DNA of 62,311 bases, filler included, from Pirum gemmata (GCA_002812295.1; 21 parts of 21 records of this genome joined end to end with filler, not necessarily neighbours in it), one strand, 5' to 3'. Positions 12,132-24,807 are shown, counted from the whole stretch's first letter. Program-made: numbers and translations. Notes: a model not told the origin generated them from the letters alone.

Positions 12132-12332
12132 GGAGATGCGGGTTTCGAATTTTTTCGATCTAATTTTAAGAATTGACTCACTTTTGATTTCATTTAAAAA
12201 ATTCTTAACAATTCTTAGAAATTTCATAGAAAAAACTTGAAACTCGAAAAAAAAAGAATATTATTTCAAAATTGTGACTATTTAATAATTAGGATCGAGC
12301 TGTTTGATTCGATTTTGTTTTCCCGTATCTAC
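12132..12332. mobile_element. MITE family A (~220 bp, TIR GGGAGATRCGGGAAAA)
   Basis: ggagatgcggg...tttcccgtatct. The internal sequence is shared with copies at 30255, 30564, 48156 and 48930, and with fragments near 35373 and 35595. Confidence 0.8.
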
Positions 12333-12507
12333 TTCGGGATTTAAAACTAGAGCATATTTTTTTCAAGTTTTTTTTTTCTTTTATATGGCAGAATTTTGGA
12401 ACAGGCCTCAAAATTTTATATTAGTTGTTTTGGATTATGAATATGGTATATTGGAGATTTTAGCCTTTTGTCAACCCTAATTATTAACCCTAACTCTAAC
12501 CCTAACC

Positions 12508-12544
<37 letters not shown>

Positions 12545-13248
12545 TTAACCTTAACCCTAACCCTAACCCTAACCCTAACCCTAACCCTTATCCTGACCCT
12601 AACCCTAACCCTAACCCTAACCCNNNNNNNNNNNNNNNNNNNNNNNNNNNNNNNNNNNNNNNNNNNNTTAATTAATTAANNNNNNNNNNNNNNNNNNNNN
12701 NNNNNNNNNNNNNNNNNNNNNNNCTAACCCTAACCCTAACCCTAACCCTTACCCTAATCCAAATCCTAACCCTAACCAAAAAAAAAAATGCTCCCCCACT
12801 TTCAAAGCTTCGAGCATTGTAAACTGCGCTTGCGATATTTTCTTTTTTGAGCCCCCACTTTCGAAACTTATTTACCCGTATATTATTTTTATAAGTAATT
12901 GGGCTCGGAAAATACATTTATCTCCGTAAAATAGAAACAAAAACAACCAAATTAGTTGATAATTTTTATTTAATTGTATCATTTTATTCATTCAACTTTA
13001 TCAATTTAAATGAATTAACTCCACTTAATGAACTTGGAAGATACCCAATAAGTTATCGGAGAGTGTCAAAATCCCTAAACATGTTATGGGTGTAATAAAC
13101 TTGATAAAAATTCTCAAAAGTGTAGTGTGTTATAAGTATTTTGGTAGTACATAGATATATTGGTAGTAATTAATATTTTACTATATTTGGTATGTATTAC
13201 GACATATTTGGTTTTGTTTTGTATTTAAATATAAATTTTCATAATTAG

Positions 13249-14064
13249 GTGGAAGAAGAAGAAAGATTAAAAGCGGAAACCTCCCCCGAATTACCATCTT
13301 TTTTTGGCGAAGTAGTAAATAAAACGAGGGATACTTACGTTCAACTAATATATATGGCCGATGTTAATACGTATCATAAAAATAAAATGTGCTTGGTTGG
13401 AGACGCTGGTCTTCTCATTCCTCCGTTTACAGTTTCTGGGGTTCTTAAAGGTAGTATTGTATTATCTATTCTTGACCCTAACCCTAACCCTAACCCTAAC
13501 CCTAACCCTAACCCTAACCCTAACCCTAACCCTAACCCTAACCCTAACCCTAACCCTAACCCTAATCCTAACCCTAGCCCTAACCCAAAACCCAAAACCA
13601 ACACCAAAACCAACACCAAAACCAAAACCAAAACCAAAACCAAACGAAAACCAAAACCAAAACGAAAACCAAAACATTTCCCGTTTTTCAATACACATAC
13701 TAACCAGATTAATAATTTTCCATTCTTTCTTTCTTTTTTTCTAACATAAAATTTTATTTACTTTCCAACATAAAATTCAGGGCATAATAATATCAAAGAC
13801 TTAGTTACACATATACAAAATGAACAACAACAACAACAACAACAACAACACAATGCAAATCATAACGTTGATTTTTATAAATCCTTAAATAACTGGGACA
13901 AAGAACAAATAGAACAAGGTAAAGAGCTTACTGCTCTAGCAATTCATTCTGAGGGCCCCTACATATGGAACATGTGTGATATTTCTACAACACCACCCGA
14001 AAAAATAGCCGAATGGTGGGGTAAACAAATACCCATTAAGCAACCAATTAACGCAAAAAAATGA
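13249..14064 (+). CDS. FAD-dependent monooxygenase (2,6-dihydroxypyridine hydroxylase-like), 5'-partial
   Basis: Exons 13249-13450 and 13781-14064 (TGA), with a phase-1 GT-AG intron at 13451-13780. The GD motif region is TYVQLIY...MCLVGDAGLLIPPFTVSGVLKG. It continues as HNNIKDL...WDKEQIEQGKELTAL...PYIWNM...EWWGKQ. Confidence 0.85.
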
Positions 14065-15190
14065 GCAATCACTAATTTATCACTTTTAATGTATACATTT
14101 TATTTTATTCAGTACGTTTTTACCTTTATTGTGGTTTATTCGGTATGTTTTACATATGTTAACTTTTATCTAAAAAAGTTTAATAAACGATTTGAAAGTA
14201 CCAAATAAAAAAAATAATCTGAGAACCCCTACATATGGAACATGTGTATATTTCTACAGCACCGCACGAAAAAATAGACGAATGGTGGAGTAAACAAATA
14301 TTATGTATACATTTTATTTTATTCAGTACGTTTTTACCTTTATTGTGGTTCATTCCGTACGTTTTACATTTGTTAACTTTTATCTAAAAAGTTCACTAAA
14401 CGATTTGAAAGTACCAAATAAAAAAAATAATCTGAGAACCCCTACATATGAAACATGTGTATATTTCTACAGCACCGCACGAAAAAATAGACGAATGGTG
14501 GAGTAAACAAATATCCATTAAGCAACCAATTAACGCAAAAAAATGAGCAATCACTAATTTATCACTTTTAATGTGTACATTTTATTTTATTCAGTACGTT
14601 TTTACCTTTATTGTGGTTTATTCGGTATGTTTTACATGTGTTAACTTTTATCTAAAAAAGTTCAATAAACGATTTGAAAGTACCAAATAAAAAAAATAAT
14701 CTGAGAACCCCTACATATGGAACATGTGTATATTTCTACAGCACCGCACGAAAAAATAGACGCAAAAAAATGAGTAATTACTAATTTATCACTTTTAATG
14801 TATACATTTTATTTTATTCAGTACGTTTTTACCTTTATTGTGGTTCATTCGGTACGTTTTACATTCTTAAGTTTTATCTAAAAAAGCTCAATAAACGATT
14901 TGAAAGTACCAAATAAAAAAATAATCCGAGAACCCATACACATGGAACATGTGTATATTTCTACGCACAACCCGAAAAAATAAACGAATGGTGGAATAAA
15001 CAAATAACCATCAAGTAACCAATTAATGCAAAAAAAAATGAGTAATTACTAATTTATCACATTTAATGGATTACATTTTATTTTATTTGGTACGTTTTTA
15101 CTGTGGTTTATTCGGTACGTTTTTACATTTGTTGAGTTTTATCTAAAAAAGTTCAATAAACGATTTGAAATTACCAAATATATAAAAAAA
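13948..15190 (+). repeat. Tandem array, 5 units of ~210-270 bp, derived from the monooxygenase last codons and 3'UTR
   Basis: Units beginning (t)ctgag..ccctacatatggaacatgtgt at ~13948 (inside the CDS), ~14218, ~14431, ~14700 and ~14926. Confidence 0.9.
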
Positions 15191-15342
15191 TAAAGAACTT
15201 GACCGGGATTTTTTTTTTTTTTACTAACTTGAGTTAGGTGATNNNNNNNNNNNNNNNNNNNNNNNNNNNNNNNNNNNNNNNNNNNNTTAATTAATTAANN
15301 NNNNNNNNNNNNNNNNNNNNNNNNNNNNNNNNNNNNNNNNNN

Positions 15343-17357
15343 CTTTTGGGGTTTTACCAGATAATGTGAAATAACCCCCGGTGTGGATGACGAAAATACC
15401 CCATGGCTGAAAATTATTTGTACCAATCAAAAAGGGCTACGATTACAAAGAGAGAAAATTTAGAATTATAAAGTATAAAAGGCGAGAATAGAGTGGAACT
15501 TTCGAATAAAATTACTTTTAAATTTTATTCAAAAGTTCCACTCTATTCTCGCCTTTTATGTTTTTTTCTGTGTCATTGGGATCATGTATTGTTGGTGGTT
15601 TACTTATATCGATTGTGTTGCAGATTAAGTACATTGCATTGTGTTCTTTATTGTAGGTAGTTGTATTATTTATACTTTTGTCGTTGTTTGTGCTGTACAA
15701 CGGATGGCCATTTTGTAATATTGATGAAGGTATTACGTAATTATATAAGTCGCTACGTACTTTTCCTTCTATAAGGATGGACTGTGGTTCAAGTTTTGGA
15801 TCGGTGTCTGTCACTATGACCTTGTCGCCGCCAAATATAGTGTACAACATGCCATCTTTATCGAATTCCCGTGGTGATATGAGAGTGTGTGTTAGTGTTG
15901 TTGATTAATGTTTTCCCTCCTATGGTATTCATGATGCCTTGTTGTGTTGCTATGATTGTTGTTGATGCTGTGTTGATTCTTTGGTGTGTAGGTGTAATGC
16001 TGTGTGTGAATGATTGAGTTGGTATGTAATATGGTGATGCCCCTGAATCCATAATTAGTCATTTTGTTTTCGCGTGGTCCAAGTCGTCGTTGGTGCCATG
16101 CTGTGCGTAGATGTAGTAGTTTTGTGCTGTGATTAGTAGTTGAAGTCATACTTTCTTTGATGGTGGTGGTGTTTGTAGTGTTTGTGGTGGATGAGTGTAA
16201 TACAGTGGATGTGGGTATATGTATTATTGATGTGGTGGCGGTAGGATTATATGTGGATATTGTTGTTGAGTGATATATGCAGTGTGTGGTTGTTGTGTTG
16301 GCGATGTGTTTGTGTTTGTGTTGTTGTTTTGGTGTGATGTTGTATTGGTTTGTGGTGTATCGTTTGGCTTACTTAATGCGGTCGTTGTTGGTAGCGCCTT
16401 GATATAATACTGTGCACATGCTTTGGTCATATGGTTGCGGTTGCATTTCTAACATATAATAATGATGATCAATGATATAATAATAATGCTATAAATAAAG
16501 ATAATCAGAATAAGAATGATGATAATAATAATAATATTGATAACAATAATGATTTTGATAATAATAATATTGATAATAATGATGATAATAATGATAATAA
16601 TGATAATAATCTTAATGATTAGTGATATATGGGTGTATTGGGTCTGTGTAGTGAGTTTTAGGGTTTTTGTGTGTATTGTTGGTGTACTTGGAAAAATTAA
16701 GAATCTTGAACATTGTAGAGTTTGGTCACGTGATTTACATAATATTAATAATAATAATGATGATAATGATAATAATGATAATATAAATGATGATTAGTGA
16801 TATGTGGGTGATTTTGGGTATGTGCAGTGAGTTATATGGTTGTTGTGTGTTTTGTTGGTGTACTTGAAAAATTAAGAATCTTGAACATGGCGGAGTTTTG
16901 GCGACGTGATTCGTGTTTTATAATGATGTTCTGATATAATATCGTTTGTATGGTGGTGCTGATAACGTATCGCAAACGATAAAGATAAGTGTTTGAGTGT
17001 TTTGTGGATGATAACATTAATAAAAAGGGATATATCATTGTGAATATTTTATTATGAAAAAGCATAAAGATTCAGTTATTGTTATGGGATAGTTATCATA
17101 TATATATATATACTATTAGAAAAAGTGTAAAATAAATATTGTAAAAATTGTTTTGTAAAATTTAGAAGTAATTTTATTCAAAAGTTCCATTCTATTTCTG
17201 CCTTTTATACTTTTTCATAATTCTAAATTTTCTCTCTTNNNNNNNNNNNNNNNNNNNNNNNNNNNNNNNNNNNNNNNNNNNNNNNNNNNNNNNNNNNNNN
17301 NNNNNNNNNNNNNNNNNNNNNNNNNNNNNNNNNNNNNNNNNNNAAAGCCCCAAAAGT
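15343..17357. mobile_element. LTR-like terminal repeats in inverted orientation around the copia remnant
   Basis: 15448-15520 (aagagagaaaatttagaattat..agtataaaaggcgagaatagagtggaactttcgaataaaattact) is the reverse complement of ~17166-17238. 15343 cttttgggg is mirrored by ccccaaaag at ~17348-17356 across an N gap. The repeat contains TATAAAA and AATAAA. Further duplicated blocks lie at ~16940-17110 and ~17465-17640. Confidence 0.6.
15560..16454 (-). pseudogene. Decayed Ty1/copia-like gag-protease region
   Basis: Zinc knuckle C*KCNRNHMTKAC (16454-16416) carries an internal stop. Protease motif DSGAS at ~16049 is followed by ..INTASTTIIATQQG. After a frameshift comes TLTHTLISPREFDKDGMLYTIFGGDKVIV...IEGKVRSDLY, matching the copia NLLS..L...G..V.F......G.....LY pattern. 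Confidence 0.7.
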
Positions 17358-17919
17358 TCCCCACAGCCAAATATTTCAAACATTACATCATTTGTTCTTC
17401 TCATATTATTTTTCTTACATCATTTTCCCTTCTCATATTATTTTTCGTACATCATTTTGATATAGTATCGTTTTTATAGTGGTGCTGATAACGTAATGCA
17501 AACGATAAAGATAAGTGTTTGAATGTTTTGTTGATGATAAAATGAATATAAGGAGTGAATATTTTATTATGAAAAAACAACTGAAGATTTAGTTATTGTT
17601 ATCGGATAGTTATCATATATATATATATATATATATAGTATGTGTGTGTGTGTTTCGATATTTCGTCATTCTGTTATTATCGCCATTCGTGATGTCATCG
17701 TTTCATAGTGCTGTGCTGTACAAGGGATGTTTGGATTGTACTATTGATGAAGGTATTACATATAAGTCGTTGCGTACATCGTTTGAATCACGTTATTGTT
17801 GATAATGATAAGTGTTTGAGTGTTTTGTGGATGATAAAATAAATATAAGGAGAATATTATTGTGAATATTTTTAATAGAATATGCTATAAGAAAAACGAG
17901 AATACGTGGGAAAATGGAT

Positions 17920-17982
17920 TACCTGATAGCTCAGTGGTCAAGAGCAAACTCCCGGAGAGAGTTGGTCGTGGGTTCGATTCNC
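17920..17982 (+). tRNA. tRNA-like sequence (pseudo-tRNA or SINE head), 3' end lost at an assembly N
   Basis: A-box TAGCTCAGTGG; D-stem GCTC/GAGC; anticodon stem AACTC/GAGTT with loop CCGGAGA; short variable region GGTC; B-box GGTTCGATTC. No complete T stem or acceptor 3' strand after the n at 17981. Confidence 0.6.
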
Positions 17983-19824
17983 GATGTCATCGAAACATTG
18001 GCGAGCTTCGCCATCGTCACATAAGCACTCTAATAGTGCCATTTCGTCGTCGGTGGTCATGCGTTGATAGACATATATTGTATCTTCAGCAGTGACTATC
18101 TTTTGCTTTGCCATTCGGTTTTTCATAGTTTCTAGAAACATATGATCAGTGGCCAACTTGTACCTGCGTAGGGTGTCTTCCTACTATTTGTACTACTATT
18201 GTTGTTAAGTTTTTCATCGTTGTTGTGGCGGCCATGATGATAATAACAATTTTTGTTGATTCGAATGATGATGTAGACTATATATTAATGATGATGTTGT
18301 TAATGATTTTGATGGTGATAATGATAATGAAATTAATGATTGTTATAATAATAATGATAATATTATTAGTGGATATAATTATAATAATAATGATATTAAT
18401 AATGGTGATAATTATGATTATAAAATTAATGATTAGGGTTATGTATTGATGATAATGATGTTGACAGTTTTGATAGTTTTGATGGTAATGATGGTGATGA
18501 TAATGAAAATGATGATATGTATAATGATAATGATAATAGTAATATTAATAATAATGATATTTATAATATTAATTAGTGATATTAATAATATTGATGATAA
18601 TGATTAATAATTATGATGATAGTAATATTAATAATAACAATTTTGATGTTTGTAATAATAATGATAATGGTATTGATTATATTCTTATTGAAGTTAATAT
18701 TACTAATGATGATGAGGTATAGTGTTGTAATAATGATACCATAAAAAAAATATTATAGGAATGCTAATAATTATAATAATGATATTAAAGATGATGATTA
18801 TATATAGTAATGATGATTAATGATATAGTAATAAAGCTATAAATAAAGATAATCAGAATAAGAATGATGATANNNNNNNNNNNNNNNNNNNNNNNNNNNN
18901 NNNNNNNNNNNNNNNNTTAATTAATTAANNNNNNNNNNNNNNNNNNNNNNNNNNNNNNNNNNNNNNNNNNNNTATAATATTTAAATTGATACTTTTAAAT
19001 AAATATATATATAATAAAATATACCAAATTAACTGAAATGGATTTATATTGCATTAATTTGGTACTATTTATTGCTTACTTTTTGACGACAAAATAACTG
19101 AAAAGCACGATATTTTATTGATAAAAAAATGTATTACTAAAATAAGGATTAAATCACTAAATTAAGGAAATTAGTATTTTATAAGGTAAATATATTACTA
19201 AAAAAAGAACTTTATCACTAAATAATGATTTTTTTGGAACTGAACAGGGTTGGGGAGTAGCGTTGGGCCCTTGGGAGAGTCGAGGGGACCGTTGCCAGGT
19301 ATAGTAGTCTACGCAGGGCTAGCTAGCTAGCTAGCTAGGGTTGGGTTACTGTTGGGCGTAGAAGTGTTGGGTTATTAGCTAGTAGAGGGGTTATTAGTAC
19401 TGTTATTATAAATAAGGGTAACAAATAAGGCGTAATTGGTAGTCGTTGTTAGAGTCAGAAATATAACTGGACAATGATTATTTTTAATTAAATTACATTG
19501 AAGCTCACCTAAACAAGATTGCACTTTTAATCCTGCATTATAATATGGTACATTACCTATTTGTATTAGAGCTCTGAAAGGTTGAAAAAAATGTAAAGGT
19601 GAGCGTTCCTTCCATTACTCCATTACCTTATTCAATATTTATTTTTTATCTTTGCATAACAAATTTGATTATAATATATTTATCATTTGCTGGATTATTA
19701 CCCTCACAATTACAGAAATAAAATATATCCATTGAGAGTTTTAACGTTAGAAATATTAAACTTTTATAAAATGACAATGAAACTACAATGAAGCTCATCT
19801 GAAAAAAAAAAGTAGTCTTTATTT

Positions 19825-20245
19825 TGGTACTGTTTAATTGTATAATTGAACTTGTTTAGAACATACAATATTAAGTATAAATTACCAAATTAATTAAAAC
19901 ATGCCTGATAGTAGTAGACCTGGTAGTTTAGACCCCGGTCTACTGGCAAATTAGCGAGAAAATTTAGGGACTACTTGAAATAATGTCTTGCTTAATTTAA
20001 CTATAGCTTTATTTTATCCAATAACAATTTTCTGCGTTGTTTAGTCTCTTTATCAATATCTATTTTTGCATGCATGCACTTTTTCTGTCTTTACTTATTG
20101 TGTTGTCCAGTTCAAAAACTGAAATAAACGTAGATTATCAAATTATTATTATGATTAATTAAACTATCAGACATGTTTTAATTAATTTGGAATTTTATAC
20201 TTAATGTTGTGTTTTATAAATAAGTTCCATTATACACTTAAACAG
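19825..20245. mobile_element. Inverted pair of dispersed repeat family F
   Basis: ctgtttaattgtataattgaacttgtt...ccaaattaattaaaacatgcctgatagt (~19830-19912) is mirrored at ~20163-20245. The same family occurs at ~26745-26880, ~39685-39830 and ~61590-61760. Confidence 0.7.
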
Positions 20246-20633
20246 AGATTGAGAGAACAACGGTAATGAAATAGGTGATAGGACCAAACCCTTATAACCA
20301 AACCCAGCAATATTAATATTATTAATATTACCAGTTATCGTTACTTGTATTATTAATATTAGTATTATTGTTGTTGTATTAATGTTAGAACTACCGAAAT
20401 ATAATTATTTATTTTATAACATAATTGTCCATGTTTTTTATACTGTTGCTTACAATTGTATTATAATTAATTACATTATATTAATAAATCTTATCATAAT
20501 AACAAAGTATAACAAGCAATAAAGAGAGACTACTAAGCTATTATATATTTTTAGTGAGGTATATAATATTATGTTATAATTTTTTTTTTGTTATTTTGTA
20601 TTTTGGTTGCAATTTTATTGACAATCATTTTAT

Positions 20634-21467
20634 TTATTTTTTTTGTCTAGCTAATTTGTCTTGCTTTATTTTTTCCAATAACAATTTTCTTCGTTGTTTA
20701 GTCTCTTCTGGAGTTTCATTATCTTTTTTGGCATACCTAATCTTTTCAGGTTGTTTGGCTTCTAACGTTGGGTTTGTGGTTGCGGTTGTTAAAAATTCTT
20801 TTTGTTGAGGTTGAGATTGAGGTTGAGGTTGAGGTTGAGGTTGAGGTTGAGGTTGAGGTTGAGATTGTGGTTGTGGTTGTGGTTGTGTAGATTTTTGCTC
20901 CTCTTCAGATTGTAACTTTTCGAACATTTTCATTTCTTCCTCTGCTTCTAAAGCTAATCTTTGGGCATCCTCAGCTTTAAAATCCGACACAGCTTCTTGT
21001 TCAACAATGTCTCTATTACTTTGGTATTCAGCTTGTGGTTTTTGCGGTTTTTGCTGTTTGGTTGGTGAAAATGTTGAAACTTTTTTAAGTTGATTGTTAA
21101 TTTCTTTTTGTCGATTTTCTAAACTCATCAGGTAAAACGTATCTTCAGGCGTGGGTAGCATTCTCTGGAAACCTTCTTCATATTCGTTTGGTTTAAGTTT
21201 TAGAATGTGAAGTTGTTGTTGAATGAGTGCCGATTCTTGCATAAGTTTTTGTGTTTGCTCATATTTTCTTTCTTCTTCTAGAACATCTTCGATTCTAATT
21301 ATTATTATTAAAAGAATATTTATAAAAATGCATTAGAGTAAATACTAAATTAACGACAATAGATTAATGTTACTTATCAAACATTTGGTTTACGATTTTG
21401 AGAAAGTACGTAGGGTAAGGGGATGAGGGGGAAGGAAGGGGGTAGCTCAGTTTAAAGTATGCCAATT
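20634..21467 (-). CDS. Hypothetical coiled-coil, Q/P-rich protein, last two exons
   Basis: Exons 21467-21374 and 21294-20634 are joined by a 79-bp GTAACA..ATTAG intron in frame: LAYFKLSYPLPSPSSPYPTYFLKIVNQMFDK/IEDVLEEERKYEQ...(QP)n...KQRRKLLLEKIKQDKLARQKK*. A CTAAT lies just before the upstream acceptor. Confidence 0.7.
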
Positions 21468-21719
21468 CTAACTTTATTAGTCTTTTATTGTAACCCCAGT
21501 TCTAACCAAATACCAAATACTTGAACAATGAAGGGTACAGGATAAGGGTAAGGGTAAGGGTAAGGGTAAAGGTAAGGGTAAGGGTANNNNNNNNNNNNNN
21601 NNNNNNNNNNNNNNNNNNNNNNNNNNNNNNTTAATTAATTAANNNNNNNNNNNNNNNNNNNNNNNNNNNNNNNNNNNNNNNNNNNNAAAAAAAAAAAAAA
21701 AAAAATAAAAAAAATAAAA

Positions 21720-21752
<33 letters not shown>

Positions 21753-22099
21753 ATCTAGAAAAAACATCTAGAAAAAACATGTATAAAACTTTTTATGGGC
21801 GACACTTTTTATTATATTATTATTATTCCGATATTATTTTTTTATTTTTTTGATTTTTAAAAAATTTTTTATTTCTATTCTTTTTTAATTAATGTTAAAA
21901 TATATATCTACGTAATTATATTAATTAAGTAATAATAGATGTATGATAAATATTCTTTGTAATGTAATTTATTTGCTTATTTATTTATTTATCATTGTTA
22001 TTTTGAAACAAAGTAATCCATAAAATAAACTAATAATAGCATTATTAACAATAACAACAGTTAGCTATAGTATAATTTTTTAAAAAAATAATAGCAAAA

Positions 22100-23380
22100 A
22101 TGGCACGTAAAAAAAACACAGCCTCCCATGGTGATGGGGGTGAGGGTGGTGGTGGTGGCAGTTTGTTGAAACGTAGAGTATCAAAACTAGTTCGCCCCAC
22201 AAAAAAAACAACCGAACCTGAACAAGGACAATCGATTAATAATAGCAATGACAATAGTAATAATTCTAGTAACCTCTCAACTGATTTGAGAAGAAATGGT
22301 AGTGTTTTAAATCGTAAATTTAGTACCCTGAAACGCTTTAATAAAACCAATGATTCGAGCAAACCAAAAAACACTAAAGCAGAAATGAGTTCAGATTGTA
22401 TTGGTAATGATACTGATAGTGTTCAAAGTGAACCGTCTGAAATTGGTAGGGGTACCGGGGGATATCGATATTATTGTGATGATGACGAAAAAGAAGATAC
22501 TAAAAGCTTGAATATTATTGACAACAACAATAATAATAAAAATAATAACAACGTTAACATTGAGTTAAATAGCAATGGTAGTGATCTCGAGAATAATAAT
22601 ATTAGTAATGACCAAGCTAAAAGTGATAATGATACAAATGATAATGATAAAAATGATATAAATGATAATGTTTATCCTAATATAAAAACCAACAATGGCA
22701 AAGATAATATTAATGTTGACATTGATGATAATGACAACAACAATAGTGATACTGCTAATAGCAGTAAAGAAATTGAAAATAACCGCGGTGATCATAAAGC
22801 AGCAGTTACTGATAACAACAACGACAACAATATTAAGGACAACAATGGCAACAAAGAAAGTGATCGAAAGGAGAGTGTACACAGCGAAAATTTAAATAAT
22901 ATTTTAACAGGTTTAAGTAAATTGAAAGCAAGTACTTCCACTGGAGATGTTGATAATTTATCTAATTTAGCTAATTCTCAGGATTTCGACGGCCACAACG
23001 ACAACAACTGCAACAGCAACAACAATAACAACAGCAACAACAATAACAATAACAACAGCAATAGTATGTGCGACAACACCAACACCGACAATGACGATAT
23101 CGATGTCACTTATAATGTTAACGTGATTGATGATAATAACACTAATTGTACTAGTGATACTGTTAGTGTTGAAAGTGAGGAAGACATCAACGCCATGGCT
23201 ACTAATAATCAAATATCAATAATGCCTTCAACGAAAAAAGATAATATTTTTGTTTTAGAACTTCATTATGCAGTAGATTCAATCGAAAAATCTAAAGCCT
23301 TTCAGGAGGAAGAATACCGAAAAATCCATAACAAAGAACTGTTTGGTGATTTAACGGATATGTTGAATTTGTTATCTTAA
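22100..23380 (+). CDS. Hypothetical Asn/Asp-rich disordered protein (426 aa)
   Basis: Long ORF with an A-rich ATG context, a basic N-terminus and a complex helical C-terminus (LHYAVDSIEKSKAFQEEEYRKIHNKELFGDL). No family recognised. Confidence 0.7.
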   Translation: MARKKNTASHGDGGEGGGGGSLLKRRVSKLVRPTKKTTEPEQGQSINNSNDNSNNSSNLSTDLRRNGSVLNRKFSTLKRFNKTNDSSKPKNTKAEMSSDCIGNDTDSVQSEPSEIGRGTGGYRYYCDDDEKEDTKSLNIIDNNNNNKNNNNVNIELNSNGSDLENNNISNDQAKSDNDTNDNDKNDINDNVYPNIKTNNGKDNINVDIDDNDNNNSDTANSSKEIENNRGDHKAAVTDNNNDNNIKDNNGNKESDRKESVHSENLNNILTGLSKLKASTSTGDVDNLSNLANSQDFDGHNDNNCNSNNNNNSNNNNNNNSNSMCDNTNTDNDDIDVTYNVNVIDDNNTNCTSDTVSVESEEDINAMATNNQISIMPSTKKDNIFVLELHYAVDSIEKSKAFQEEEYRKIHNKELFGDLTDMLNLLS

Positions 23381-23867
23381 TTAATTAGTTAATTAATATT
23401 TTTTTTAATAATATTAATCAATGTTTTTACGACCAACACTACATGTGCGAGTCTCATGTGTGTGTACCAGTGTTATTCGTAAAATAATAATAATAATAAT
23501 AATATAAAATCCTAACAACCAAACTAATAGCAGCCGTAATAATATTGGAAAATAGTATAATATCATTTATAATAATAATAATGAGAAAAAACAAGTTAAT
23601 TTTAATTAACTTTTAAAAAGTAACAATTATAGTATAATATCTTTTTGTTTATTATTATTATATAATATATTGTTATTATTATTAATTATATTTATAATTA
23701 CCATCTATATGAAATGAAAATAAAACTTTTAATAAAATTATGTTATTACTATTGTTATTATTGATACTAATTAGCATTAATTAAGAATGCGAGAATGCCG
23801 TGTATAAAATTATGTTATTATTATTGTTGTTATTGATACTAATTAGCATTAATTAAGAATGCGAGAA

Positions 23868-24233
23868 TGCCGTGTATTAGTTATTTAAATTAATTTATAA
23901 AGGTTTCAAAATAGTATTAAAGCTGCATATTTCCAGTGGAAAACAACCCACTTTTTATACCTTAATTTTATTAAAAGTTAAATTTAAACTAATATTTATT
24001 ATATTGTTATTACTTAATTAATTGTAATTATTATTATTTAACCAATTATAACAATAAATATTATTATAATTAATTAATAAATAATAATAATAAAATTATT
24101 ATTATTTAAAGTTTACTTTTAGTTAATAAAATCAAGGTAAGGTATGAAAGGAGGGTTATAATATTTTCCACTGAAATAAATAACTAATACTTTTCAAACC
24201 CTTAATTTATATAACTAATTATAATACACGGCA
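23868..24233. mobile_element. Foldback MITE-like element
   Basis: TIR tgccgtgtatta/taatacacggca with further mirrored internal blocks (cagtggaaaa/ttttccactg). It is preceded by a ~70-bp direct duplication at ~23732-23878. Confidence 0.65.
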
Positions 24234-24807
24234 CAGAACCCTACTTAGAGTTAATTGGATCTTAAGTTATAGTATTACGTGCACAAGGGCGGTTTNNNNN
24301 NNNNNNNNNNNNNNNNNNNNNNNNNNNNNNNNNNNNNNNTTAATTAATTAANNNNNNNNNNNNNNNNNNNNNNNNNNNNNNNNNNNNNNNNNNNNTAATA
24401 ATAATAATAATAATAATAAAGTAAAATAAAATAAAATAAAATAAATAAATAAAAAAATCTATCCAAGGCAGTTAAAGTCAAGGTCCTGAGGCAAGGGTAG
24501 TAAGACTGTAGTAAGATACTAGTAAGATGTAGTAAGCCAGAGCGAGGTCTAACTTTTAATTCGTGCTTAAATATGTTTTATCCTAATAAAGTAACAACTA
24601 AAATATGCAGTTCCTTAATAAAGTAATGTTTTATGAGTAAGTATTTTCATTGGTTACACATGGTTTGCCAAAAGAAGTTTTTTTTTGAAAAATATCCAAT
24701 AGACTGCATTATATATCTTTTACATTTTGTAATTTTTCATCAATACGATTCATTGCCAATCATTGGTTGATTAACTTTCATTGTTTTTTAAAAAATATTT
24801 ATTATAA

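Noticed and set aside
12470..12780. True chromosome ends at contig edges with CCCTAA/TTAGGG
   Set aside because: Too many such edges, often in the wrong orientation or inside introns. The assembly simply breaks at these repeats.
13948..15190. CRISPR array (also considered for 54415-55300)
   Set aside because: Whole units are homologous, with no unique spacers and no cas genes, in a eukaryotic context.
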